DNA of 63,885 nt from Trichoplax adhaerens. Taxonomy: Eukaryota > Animalia > Placozoa. The number at the start of each line of letters is the position of its first letter. Position 1 is the stretch's first letter. The stretch covers positions 3,113,183 through 3,177,067 of the forward strand of contig NW_002060948.1 in the NCBI RefSeq assembly GCF_000150275.1. The letters run 5' to 3'. This document shows, in pieces, positions 28,376 to 41,155 of this stretch. The notes under the pieces were generated by a model, which saw nothing but the letters and a program-made list of their open reading frames with translations, had not been told where the DNA came from and ran no database searches. The position numbers and the translations under genes are program-made.

Positions 28376-28671
28376 AATCACGCCATTTAGAAGCGATCAT
28401 CTCGTTCAGAGTCAAGAGGTCATGAGTCCAGGTGTCCTAGTAGTCCATAAGTTTGTAAGCAATTACCTCTGCCGTTACTAGCCAAAGACTAACTATCGCC
28501 GCTTTTCTTCCTCTCCTTGACCATATTAAGGCCAATAACAGGATTACTCCTACTAAAATCGAAAATCCTTCGGTCAATACTAATATCCTGGTGTAAAGAT
28601 ACATAAACAAATACTCCATTGGTGTCGAATTAATTTACTCTAACTTGGTTAATTGCTCTCTACAGTACAAG

Positions 28672-31600
28672 ATGTTGAAGGAAATAGCCAACACGGTCAA
28701 TAATATGCCGATATCATCGTCTACAGCAAGATTATTAGTATCGTTGTACATGGGTAAGAATAGTATTATGGATACGCTCGTACCTGCAATCAATTCATTT
28801 TTGACCAATAACTTGTAAAATATTCAAGAAGGAAAATAAGAACAATTACATACTATAAACTAGCACATCGAACTGCAGAATAGACCATAATTGTACTGTA
28901 GTATGGACGATTTTGGATCCCAATTTAAGCATGTGCCAATAGAGATATTGGTATTCAGTATGGGAGATTCAATCACGGTTAACATGTGGTTCCTGTACTG
29001 AACAATGTACTGTAGGCGGCAATCAGTCGGAGGATCATCATGTCTGTTAGGGCCATTACAGCAATTAGCATTATTATTTTAACCTAGTACTAGACTGCAA
29101 ACTAATGTTATCATGAATTACTTGTATGATCTTCAACTTGAATGAAATCATTTCTTAACTTGGATGATCATTAATTAAAGATGAATATAATATTATAGAT
29201 TACTGCACGAGGACATCCATCACTTATATAAACTATTCAGTATCCAAACAAGGTGTACTGTACATTATACAAGCATAAGTTGAAGAATTGAGTCGTTGAT
29301 CTCGCGAGATCTACGTGATTCTACTGGTAAATTACCATAGTATATAATAAAGTTGAATACAAATGGATAATAGAATATGAAAGACACGATTACCATGTAT
29401 TTAGTGCGATATAGAGACCCTATTTCAACGATAATGATGATGATATCATAGATGATTGTTTTCCTTACGATTCGGTTAAGTACAACACTATCATAAACAA
29501 GACTGAGTGATATTCTATTGAAATAATTTGATCTATAGTTATTAACTTTAGCGTGAAGAATTTATAAATAAATCAATCCTCAATTCTCATTAGTAACCTT
29601 AAGTATAGAATTATACTGTAGTACATTCTTTTAGTACTATACAGTACAGTAATAGACCGTTGATTACAACTGTAGCTCGAAAGCCAATACTAGTAGAACT
29701 ACTGTACTTTTCTAGTGCAGTATTTAATTTCATATCAAGAGTACCGCAATGTACTTCATAATTTACTATATAATAATTTTAACCTTATTACTTGAATTTA
29801 GGCAGTAATCGAAATAATAGATTTAAGCAATAGAAATTGAAGCAAACAGAAAAAGAGACTGTTTTAACATCACTGTCATCCCTCTTTAGCTATTTCAGAG
29901 TATAAAAATATCCAGTAAACTCCAATATGACATCTTCACGTAATTAATATATCATCAGTAAAATCAACAGCTGCCAACTATACAGCACTAATTATATGAT
30001 ATGTCAATATTTTTTCATAGCCAATATTGCTTCTATCACGTTGATCGTATTACGGACTACTCGTAAACTACTGTAGCTTCACCTCATTAATTTATCTAAA
30101 TTAATAATTCAGTAACTAATAAATATATTAATTCATATGGTAAATACGCGTATAGACGTATCTCATTCTCATCATACCGCAAATTGAAACAATTTGTTAT
30201 CATAGTTAGTGTGGTTATTTAGAGTGATCTCATAATCTGTTACAACAGTTTTTGCATTATTAATTATTGACTCCGTAGTATAACACTAGCGATTAAAGTA
30301 GCCAGGACAAACCTGATCGTTCAAGATTGTTTATGATAACGTAAATTATGTGAAAGTTGGATGATGGTATTAAGTTCCATTAAACGCGTTAGCTTTAACT
30401 ACTGCATTGTTCATGAACTAATAGACGCAATGGCTACTTCTAAATCAGACTTGTGTTAATTATCATCTATTACAGGACTTCCACTTGCCTTAATATATTC
30501 ATGCCTAATACGCAATAGGAAGCCAAATATTCAGGTAAATAAAAGCATATCAATATTGTCCTATCGTGAAATCGTTCCAATATACAAGTAGTACCGATAT
30601 AAAATCTACAATATCAATTAAAGCTCTTTTAGGCTGAATAGTTAGTTTTCTACATAACTTTTTAGTTCTGAATATTGCAATATTCGTTACAACAATCAAT
30701 GTGTACAAATTAATACATGACATACTCATTTAAAGTCATAGATTACTTAACGCAAGACCTGAGCGGATCTCGTTCCTGAAGGTCTACTATCATGCCATTT
30801 ACTAATCAAATGTTGTATTCATCTTTAGCATTGCTACTTCAGCGTATGTGGATTAGCAATTACATATTATATGTATGGTAAGTTTAAACATTTACGATTA
30901 GTAGAAAATCTTATTTGATGAACCCTCATCGCTACAACGCTAATAGCTGTCTTCGGCGGCTGACTGTTAGAAAAATTTGATATTTTTTTGTATACAATTG
31001 ATTAATTATTGCAAAGGCAACTAATTCCAGTCACAAATTTAATTTTAGGTGCCGAAAGCATCCATTGTTTGGTCAATATCCTGCTAGACTATATCTTGTT
31101 AAAAGTTTGTGGTGGTACACTGATCTCAGTTATCTTAGCATTTGTAATGAACATGGTAAGCACAATTTTATAAATTTTTTTATTTCATTTTATTAGTATT
31201 AAGTAATATTGATATGATACATTGTCAAGACATTGGAATTCATCTGTTAAATACATATATTTGATATTGACATTAGAAATGCAAGAAAAGCTGATGATAG
31301 ATTGATAGATGATAGATGATCAATTATTTATCTCTATTCTCAGAGCTACCTATCGTATGGTTATTATAACAAATCTAAAGATCAATACGATGTAACTTGG
31401 ACCCTAGTCCATTGCATACTAACGTTGAAATTGACTGGTATAAAGCATCTGATGGCTTACATTTACGCTCGTATATTTGCAGACTCGCTAATCATGTACT
31501 TTCATTGTTCTTAGCTGTAGTATTTGATTGCTATGACGGTGCTAGAGACAAGGTAAGAGTTAACATTAATCTACGCCGAAAACTGTTTCATTTCTGGTAT

Positions 31601-33850
31601 TTACGTAAGACGTCGCAGTCACATTAATGTGATGCAGTTATATCGATATTACTTTCTAAGTATAATTAAACAGAAAGCAATTTTTACGTACTACTATTTT
31701 ACCTTTTTTGTAGCAAAAGCTGGAAGACTTTCAGAAAGAAAATCGATTGGAAAGGATTCCAACATTACTAGAAGTATGCAATCGCATTAATAAAAGCATA
31801 ATTCATATTTCGTTAAAATTTTGGCTTACATTTTTATAACTAGTCCCCCAATCTTTATAAATTCGAAGTCTTTCATGATATCTTTTTGCACCATCATATC
31901 AAAAATTTTAATAAAGAATATGCTGTGCTTCTGTCGTAGTTATTGGGCCTAAGCTACTTCTTTGGTAGTGTTATCATCGGACCGCAGGTACTATCCAAAA
32001 TTCTTAATTTAATTACTTAATCTATGTACGTTCTAATACATACAATTCACGAATTTATGACGTCAATGCTGTAGCCGACACAATTTTAAATTACTTACGC
32101 ATATATATATATTAAGCATTTAAACATTGCGCAAATGTATAGATAAATATGAAGCGATATCTAAGTTTCGTATCAGGGGAATTAATTAATCCAAAAGATG
32201 ATCGATTCAGTGAAAAGTAAGTTTTGATTAATTTACAGTATTAACTATGCCTTTTACTGTTATCATTAGAATCTCATACATTGATGTCATGATTCACATA
32301 ACATTTTAGACCTTGATGTTTAATTTATAGGCTGAAATATGGTGTATATCGTATACTGGGTGGTAGCATTTATTTAATATTGTATGGCATATTCTTTCCT
32401 AAATTTCATTACAAGCTCATCTTAACTCCAGGATTTCAGGTTCTATCTCAGTATTCAATGCATTGATTCTATTAGACAAGTCTAAACTAATATCATTTAT
32501 TACGATAGACTAAAACGCTTTCTTACTGGCTTTGGTTTCTATTTTGGGCAAGCAAGTTCAGCGTAATGAAGTACAATGGCATCTGGTTGCTTTCGGTATA
32601 CACAACATTTTTCAATCCTATTTCAGATAGAGTTCATAACTTTGGTCCCAGTTAATACAAATTATATTTAACTTTTAGGAGGGAAGCTGCATCATGACCG
32701 GAATTAGCTATAATCCTTCTGCGGTTAAAGTCGGATACGATAAATGGAGCAGTCTTGCAAATTGTCACCCTTGGCCTTTTGAAACTGAATGTACTCTACA
32801 AGTAATAAAGGATCTGCATTTTCTCTGTTATCGCTGTGCTTAAGCAATAACTTTTAACATAATCAATTTTAAATTAATTGCAGAGCTTGATTCATAATTT
32901 TAATATTACTACCAACGACTGGATGGTCAGGTAAAACAGAAAAAAACGTCGTCGATTTCTATACTAATCTTTTTACTGAATATTACTGAGCTCCTAAAAC
33001 ATTATTTTACTTTTCTTAGATATGTGTATAAAAGACTAAAATTTCTTGGAAGTAAAATATTATGTCACTTCGGGTCTTTAGCTTTTATATCCCTTTGGCA
33101 CGGCTTTTACGCCGGATATTATCTCAATTTTGCATGGGAATTTATCACTGTTCTGCTAGAGAAGCAGGTTATAATACAGTATTTGTTGGAAAGAGAATAT
33201 TTAAACTTCATTACACTTGTTATTCGTGGTCCATAACTTAACTTATTAACCCTTTTAGGCTGGAAATGTATTTTCTACTATATATGGGGCGCCGTTTTAT
33301 CAGTCACATCCTCTTCTTAAACTAGCTTTATTTCCATTAGCGTATTTTATGCGCCATATGATATTAGCCTTTGGAATGATGGTATTCACACTTCTACGAT
33401 TGGACTGGTGTTTACAGGTAATTTAATAGTTACTAATCGGTACAAGTATGACGCATTTCTTGGACATAACTATGATTTTAGCGCACATAATATTCACTAT
33501 GCGAAACTAAGCTAATGATGTATACTTTTAAATCTTCAGGCGTATAAAGTCTTTGGTTATGCTAATTTTTACTGCGTCGTTTACTGGATCATATTCTACA
33601 CTACTTTCCGTGTTTTCAAATCAAGGCTTTTTCCTTCATCAAGAAGAAAGTGAGTACTGTAGAAATCCTGATTCTTTCGTTATGTCGAATCAACCAGTGT
33701 AAAAATCGTGCAGTTATTAGGTATAACATATTCAATTACTATTCACAGTAAATCGCATTATTTTATCCTACTATTGTCAATCTACTAATTGTTTTTTTTA
33801 ACATGCTTTCTTACCTATACAGCATCAAAACTGGGAAAGCAGAAGAGTAA
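28672..33850 (+). CDS. LPCAT3: MBOAT-family lysophospholipid acyltransferase, LPCAT3/MBOAT5-like, paralogue A
   Basis: Exons include YDVTWTLVHCILTLKLT / AVVFDCYDG, IPTLLE / LLGLSYFFGSVIIGPQ, EGSCIMTGISYN, FNITTNDWMVR / YVYKRLKFLG...FISLWHGFYAGYY (catalytic His); stop 33848-33850 after a terminal intron (33651-33653 if unspliced). Confidence 0.9.
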
Positions 33851-34799
33851 ATTAGTCCACAAATACCATTTCTATCATATCTAAACGAACTTGTAGTTCG
33901 GTATTCATTGTCGAGATCGTTATCGATATGCGTGTATATATATAAATAGTACCAATCGGGGCCGTTTTGGCAAGTACTTTTACTGTTCTCATTTACGCGT
34001 ATAAAACCTAGAAATATCGAACTGCTTTCAACGAAAGTACATTTTATCCTTTTAGTCAATCTATAGTGTATTAGCTATTAGAAATGCTGATAATTTTACT
34101 AATATCCGCAAGATACCGTTAGTGAAACTACTTTTTTTAGGTATTTGCAGACCTTCGTAGGTATACAATGGATAACGTAGTTACTAAAACCATTAAAGAC
34201 TTGTTTAAAATCACATTCTATCTCCATGTCACCATTGCTACGTTCGAATATCATTTATCAGCTAATCTTGTTTAAATGAAAACGTATCTAGATATGCAAC
34301 TTTATCTGTTGATAACTAGTTATCTTGCATTTATTCTTCTCTGGCATTTGGCATTTGTAAAGACTAAACTATTTCTGAAATAACGCGATCGTTAATTAAT
34401 TTTGTTGGAAGCATAATTAACTTCTGTAATCTTATGAAGTTACTGTTTGTTTCATGATCGAATTTAAGTAATAACATTTTAAGCGAATTATTAGAGCGCT
34501 GTTATACTATTTTCAAACGTCAAATTATGTCACTCTTACCAATTAAAATTGTTGAATTGGTATTTATTTAACCAAAGAAACGCAAAATTTTAATCTATTC
34601 CATAATTAAAGTGTCGTATGTTGAAAATAGCAAACGATCATCGTAGAAACTTGAATTTAGCTACGCGACTTAAAAAAAACCCTAAAAGGAGATTCGAGAA
34701 TTGTATGAAATCTATTATAGGGGTCGAATACACTTCCTCTAATTCTGAGACCAGGCTAGCTTGTCCTATGGTAAATGTTAAGTAGTTGCAGTTAGAAAA

Positions 34800-37700
34800 T
34801 TATCTAGGTCTGGTAATAGTAAATTAATGTATATACATAGTTAACTAGCTGCAAACTATACAAAGAATAGACTAACTTGTCTTTTAATTCCTTGGCTTTT
34901 TGTCTTCGTAATTTATTCGCTGCTATGGCATTGAAAACAATATACCATATAGTCCAGATACCAAATATTACTAATGGAGCGTAGCCAATATTTTTAAAGG
35001 CCTAAGAAAAACGTTACAGTAGTCAAAGTTATAGAAATTCTGCTCTAACCCATGTTGTTATAAATGATTTACATAAGCTAAGATCGTATTACAAATGATA
35101 AATACTGTACCTGAACGGTTTTTTCGTACGTTATTAGAGAAAAGGCAGCAAATCCAATTCCTAAGAAGTAAAAGCTTCGAAAGCAGTGAAAAGCGTTCAC
35201 ACAAAGACGGGTAAAGAATGGTAGTTCACTGGTTTTTTCGGTTTCCAGTAAAATTGCTAAAATTCGCACAGACTGATAAAAAAACAGAAAGTTCACATTT
35301 TCTAGTATTTGCTTATTTGTTTCATTAGTTTCTAATAGAACAATTTTTGGACATCTAAAAACCTCGGGTTCATAACAACTCAACTAAAAACAAGTAACAA
35401 AATGAGTTCTATCTTAAAGAAACATCCAAAGCACCTCATTTTCCATAAATACATCAGCCAGTTCGATTGTAAAAGCAACGAAATAGCCAATGTAAAGACC
35501 ATGCCATATAGCTAAAAAGTATAAAAGGGCCAATTGGGATAACATTGTGTTACCGAGAAAACGCAGCCTCTTGTAAATATAGCTGATAAAATTGAAAATA
35601 TTACGAAGATTAAAGAAAGCGTACAGTAAGATCACATCATCTACATATACTCGCAATGAAGTAGTGTACTGTATTACCTAACGCCCCATCTATTGGTATT
35701 GATGTTAAAGCTTTGAATCAAATGCTACAACAATAAACGAGATCCAAAGTTAAGATGCCTTACAATAACCGCAAAAATTAAATTGATTACAGTAGTAAAA
35801 TTAATGCAACTTACTTTGACAGTATAGGCAGTTTCCAAAATTCTTAAGCGAACGTTAGCCATAGCATTCCATTTAGAATAAAAATTCGTGCCTTTCTCGT
35901 TGTAAGAAATACCACTCATCATACAGCTGCTTTCCTATAAAGTATTTATAGGTAAGTTCTACTTAGAAGATTTTGTAACACGCAGTGCTGTGGAAACTGA
36001 CATATAGTAAATCATCAATATTTCAGTCTTAAAATAACATCTGTCTGAATATGATACAATGAGCAGTTCACAAATACTTACAGCAAGCAACCAAGCGCTC
36101 ACGTATCTCACAAATTGTGTTCGAACACAAATGTATGGATAAATTAAACGATACCATTCAGGTGAATTCTAAATATTGATTTTAAGAAAATTTTTCTTTA
36201 CCATTTAGGAACGTACAGTACATTATGACATACCAGAAAGATAGACAATAATGAGCATACCGCGAACTCTGTTGTAAGCATATAATCTGGAGCACCATAA
36301 CTAGATACAACTGAATATACACCCATGTAAACAAAACCAGTAACAATGCGAATCGTTGCGGGAAGGACACTAAGATTGAATTTGTAAAATAAGGATATAG
36401 ATGTATTTGAAATATCCGCTAAATTTTTAATAACATATTACTCGGCTCACCTAGAGAAAGGAGACTGTGGCGCATTACGAAGCAAACTTCCAGAAGTAAA
36501 TTTTAGATATCTACTCATTGAAATCTGCAAATAGTCCATAATGGATCAATTAACTTATTATTAAGAATTTAATAGCCTTCTTAATAGGTAGCAATCTCAT
36601 ACCTGAGGACCAACCAAAAAACCTCCAAAAAAGTACGCATGACCTAGCATCTAATACAATATGAAGCTTTATCAAAATATTGATAGTTACAATGTGGTAT
36701 GCGTATTCAGTGCAATTAGGTTTATCATATAGGTAAATTAACTTGCACTTATATTCTGTACCTCTAAGAGTGACGGAGTTTCTTTAAGGCATCTCCACTT
36801 TTGTTCCTCATTTAACTTTGCCTGATAGGCGAATAAAGTAAAAATGAATAGAAAACTATGAATACTCAGAGCGGTAGCAACAGACAGCATAGAAAGGGAT
36901 AAAGTAAAATAAGATCCAAACCTCGTCCTGTGCACCATCGTATCGATCGAATACAACAGCTATTGGATTAGCATGCATCAGCGTATAATCAATATTGCGT
37001 GTTAATAAAAACAGTGGAAAAGCAAATCTCGATCAATACCCTTATATGTAAGATAAAAGATATCTAGTTGTTACCTATCAATTTTAAGGTTAGAACGCAA
37101 TGAGCAGTTGTCCAATCGATATCGTAGTCGTCTGTGGCATAGTAATAGTATCCACCTAACAAATAACCCTAACAAAGTAATAAAATAATTATTAATATAA
37201 ATAATGTAATTCGATCGATAGCAACACAATAATATCTCCTTGTATACAGTAATATAGAAACTGAAATTAAATACAATACTCGTATAGTTTTCAATTCGCA
37301 TAATTTATTATGACTACTTTACCATATGTATAATGAATGCTAATGCAACTGATAGTGACGTTCCACCAAGAGCCGATAATAATATATAATTGATGATAAT
37401 ATTCGCTAATGAATGAACGAAATCGTTACCTAAAAATTAAGAGAAAGACTATTCAGAACACTTTTTTAACTTCTTTTACTGCCTACAATTATAATTTGTA
37501 CTGAAAGCTACAAAAATTTAACTTGTTGACAATTGTTGCAAGTATATAATAACGTCAGATCAATAAAAATATAATTAATAGTAGTGACCAATTCACTGAA
37601 TATTTTTATGATTAATTGAAAATCATATGATCTAAAGTACTCGTATAATTGCAACCATCTGAAACTGATTTTTCTTTAAAATATATTGCTGTCTCATAAC

Positions 37701-39710
37701 TAAGGCAATTGCTAGAATTTGTAATTACTAAGCTTTAATAAATCATTAAATAATAATAAAATACCAAAACAGAAGCGTGCAATGCCAATGCCAACAATCG
37801 TGAAGAATATGTGCTAGGAAAAGAAATAAATAGAAGGTAGCATGTTAAATTCATGATCAGTGATATTAACACTTTTAGTAATTCTTGGCATGTTTTATTA
37901 CACATATAATTATTCATCCATCTCTTTACCGACTAAGCCCTAATTAACTGCAATACAAATTTAAGATTCTATGTTTTCTAGAAAGAATTGATCACGATAC
38001 CTGAATTGAGGCACTAGTTCTGATAAAAATTAATCTATGAATGAGACCTAAAGGATAACCTGTTTAAGAATAAATGAATAAGAGTCGTATTATTATTGAG
38101 TAGATCAGTCAGTATTCTACACTGTCTTGTGGACCTTTAAAATCTTAGAGCTCTATGACTTTAAATTGTGTGCATCATCTGAATGCTGCAATCTTTTTAG
38201 TTAATACACCGTAGATGATATAGCATTGATGGATCAAAGCCGATATCGATGCAGCATAGAAGTATCAAGTTTATGTAGCAATGCACCGCTTATGTAATTT
38301 AATACATGGGTATAAGTAGAATTGCAGACCATTTTTTATAGCCGGTCCTGTAATTGCTGTTAAGGAATTAATTCATTCGCATCGTACATATAGTGTACAC
38401 GAGAGCATAGTCCTGTGTAATATCAATTTTTGATTAGAGTAGTGGTCAAAGCATCAATTTATCATCTTTACGTTTCAATCTGTCTTAAGTTTATTTTACT
38501 GTATAAATAGTGCATTGCCTACATAGCACAATGGATAGTGTAAACTGAAAACAGCGTAACGATACTGACACGCGAGATATTGTAAAAATACACGGTCAAA
38601 GAAATTAAAACAAACATTTAACTTTCAGTTGCTAACATGATCAACGATGTATTATAACTGTTGATCTCTACGGTCCTAGGATTGAAAATTTGAAGAGAAA
38701 GACTTACAACAAATCTACTATGGTAAAAGTAGAAGCCGGCTTTAGCAAGCATCTAAGTAACAAGATTGTCAAGGATGAACCATTTAGAATTGATGCTAAA
38801 ATTTGAATGAAGTACATTCATGCAATACCAATAGTCGTGAAGAACAGCTGATTGGACTATTGCATGGAGAAAATAGGATATAGCTGCCATGTGTAAAGTT
38901 TAATTTTTTTTAAATTGCTATTATCTATTTATTGCCTACTGCGATCATTCCTCTACATTGCCATGCAACTCCAAATACTGACTGACATGCCAATACGCAC
39001 TAGCTGTCTATGAAAAATGGTACGACATGCTTGCAAAGATTGCGCAAAAGACAGCCTATCCTTCTACTGTATTTATTTATCATTCAGCATATTACAACTA
39101 CCTTTAACAACTTGAAGAATGTACCTACAGGTCTAAAAAAATTGACTTGATAGCTACCTATTTGTATCTATTTCAGGGTCAAAATAGCAAGAATGTGGTC
39201 CTTTTTTTCAGAGAATCTTGGAATACTTGTCATTGCAGTAGTTTGTATGGCCACCATGGCAATGGTGACCGTCCTTTTTCAATTGGTTTATACTGTACTG
39301 TATGTTATATAGTATAGAATATTACCGGTACTACTGTATCAACTATCAATTGGCTCATTAGCTATGGTTGCGGCTGTTTATGGCTGTAAAATGACTACAT
39401 CATTTGCTTGAGGAGAAAATAAGGAAGGAAACATATCGATATTTTACGCGCTCATCCATCGGTAATATTGTGAGATTGAATTTTAAAACGTGTCTACTCG
39501 ATTTCAATCACGGAGAAAACGATAGTAGTCATGTGCTGTCATTGAAAGGGTAAAATAGGCGTCCCATGTTCTATTGGATATCATTGAAAAAGTGGAAAAT
39601 GGACTTGAAAATTCAATACCTGCGATTAAACAGACTAATAACTTGACACCCAGTAAAGGTAGTCCAGCAGCATCTCCGATCTGGTTCATGAAATCCTCCA
39701 CCGTAGCCAT
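34800..39710 (-). CDS. LPCAT3: MBOAT-family lysophospholipid acyltransferase, LPCAT3/MBOAT5-like, paralogue B
   Basis: Exons include YDIDWTTAHCVLTLKLI / AVVFDRYDG, TPSLLE / MLGHAYFFGGFLVGPQ, ESSCMMSGISYN, FNINTNRWGV / YIYKRLRFLGN...FLAIWHGLYIGYF; same intron positions as paralogue A where compared. Confidence 0.9.
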
Positions 39711-40144
39711 GTTGGCAATTTCGGTCGTTTCACTGCAGTATGGCACGTCCCACTCAAGTTGACCCGTTAACGTCAGTCAGCACTGAAGCTCAAAAGCACA
39801 CTTAATTACTGGACACAGTACTTTAATACTTTGATAGCATAGGTGTAGACGAGCTTTGTATAGCTGTTTCGAGCAGTCTACGTGACCACATTGTCTTTTA
39901 CTATAAACAACCATCAGTCAGTCAGTGGATCGATCGATCGTACGATTCATTCCATATCGCGTCACCGTTTTAGGGTTGAAGGCAGGGCGTCGACATCTTA
40001 TCAAGCACGCGGAGGCGGGCGAAATTACTAGATGAAAGACACGATTGTTCATTGGCCTGATCCAAGCGATTTTCTAGTTTCTTTTGTTTATCAGGCCAAT
40101 GAGCAAGCGTGCCTTTTCGTCTTTTAATTTCGCTCTGATTACAG

Positions 40145-40845
40145 CTAATGTATGCTGTACTTGCACAGTATTGGACAGTACAGTACAGTACGTCCAGTCA
40201 GGATAGTCGTGCACAGTATAAAGTACTGTACGTAGACAGTGCAATGTACTGTACGCTGTACTGTACTGTACAGTACGCACAGTACCTGATACCAGAGTTG
40301 AAAACAGCCACAGCTCAAATGGGAAAGTGCAAGAACGTTCATATAGTATCCATAGAGAGGCTAAATTTGCTTTGATAGTACAGCATATTTCATACAAATT
40401 GATTGCAAATACACCGTATAACACCCATAGCGCATCTATCGACTGTGTATCAAATGATATGTATGATTTTATTGTATTTTTACTCTTCTAAAGAGGTTCA
40501 ATTTACTTTGATAATGGAATATTTGATGCAAGTCGAAATACAAATATCAAATAATGATAGTAATTATATATGATACGTAATACTCGTATTAATTATAGAA
40601 TAACATTATGTTATGTATGAGTGCAGTGCACCTCTGGTAGTGATTTTCCGTGACTTACNNNNNNNNNNNNNNNNNNNNNNNNNNNNNNNNNNNNNNNNNN
40701 NNNNNNNNTAAGTACGGTACTGCACAGTGTTCAGTACTGTACAACTACAGTACAGTACTGTACTGTACAGTACAGCAGACAGCACGCCAAGTATCAGGCG
40801 AGTGTTCGACTACGTACTGTACTGTACTATACTGTACAGTAACTA
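40145..40845. repeat. TACAG/TACTG simple-repeat cluster in LPCAT3-B/ODAD1 divergent intergenic region
   Basis: Runs at ~40155-40285 and ~40710-40840, on either side of the gap. Confidence 0.85.
40659..40708. other. Assembly gap (50 N)
   Basis: Run of N; followed immediately by TACAG/TACTG repeats. Confidence 1.
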
Positions 40846-41155
40846 GATCGGTAAATGCCTTTCGTGATGGGGTGGATCACAAGTGCGCCGGCGCATACAC
40901 CTACTGTATCGTTGTCATGGAGCCTACTGTTTATGTTGCTAAGGAGCCAGACATTCAAGATACATGATCCAACTACCATACTCAATCATTATTACTCTAC
41001 TAAACAAGACTAAAAAAACCTAAAAAGGATATTCGATACTTTCTATTGCGATCATACGTGTAATTTATCCAGAGTAATTTATTGCCCGAAACGACTTCAC
41101 TTGGTGTTAACATTCGTTCTCGTCTTACCAATTACATTTTAAAACTTTCATCACC

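Noticed and set aside
40884-40895. Perfect GC-rich palindrome TGCGCCGGCGCA upstream of ODAD1
   Set aside because: Single 12-bp palindrome; a few are expected by chance in 64 kb and there is no other support
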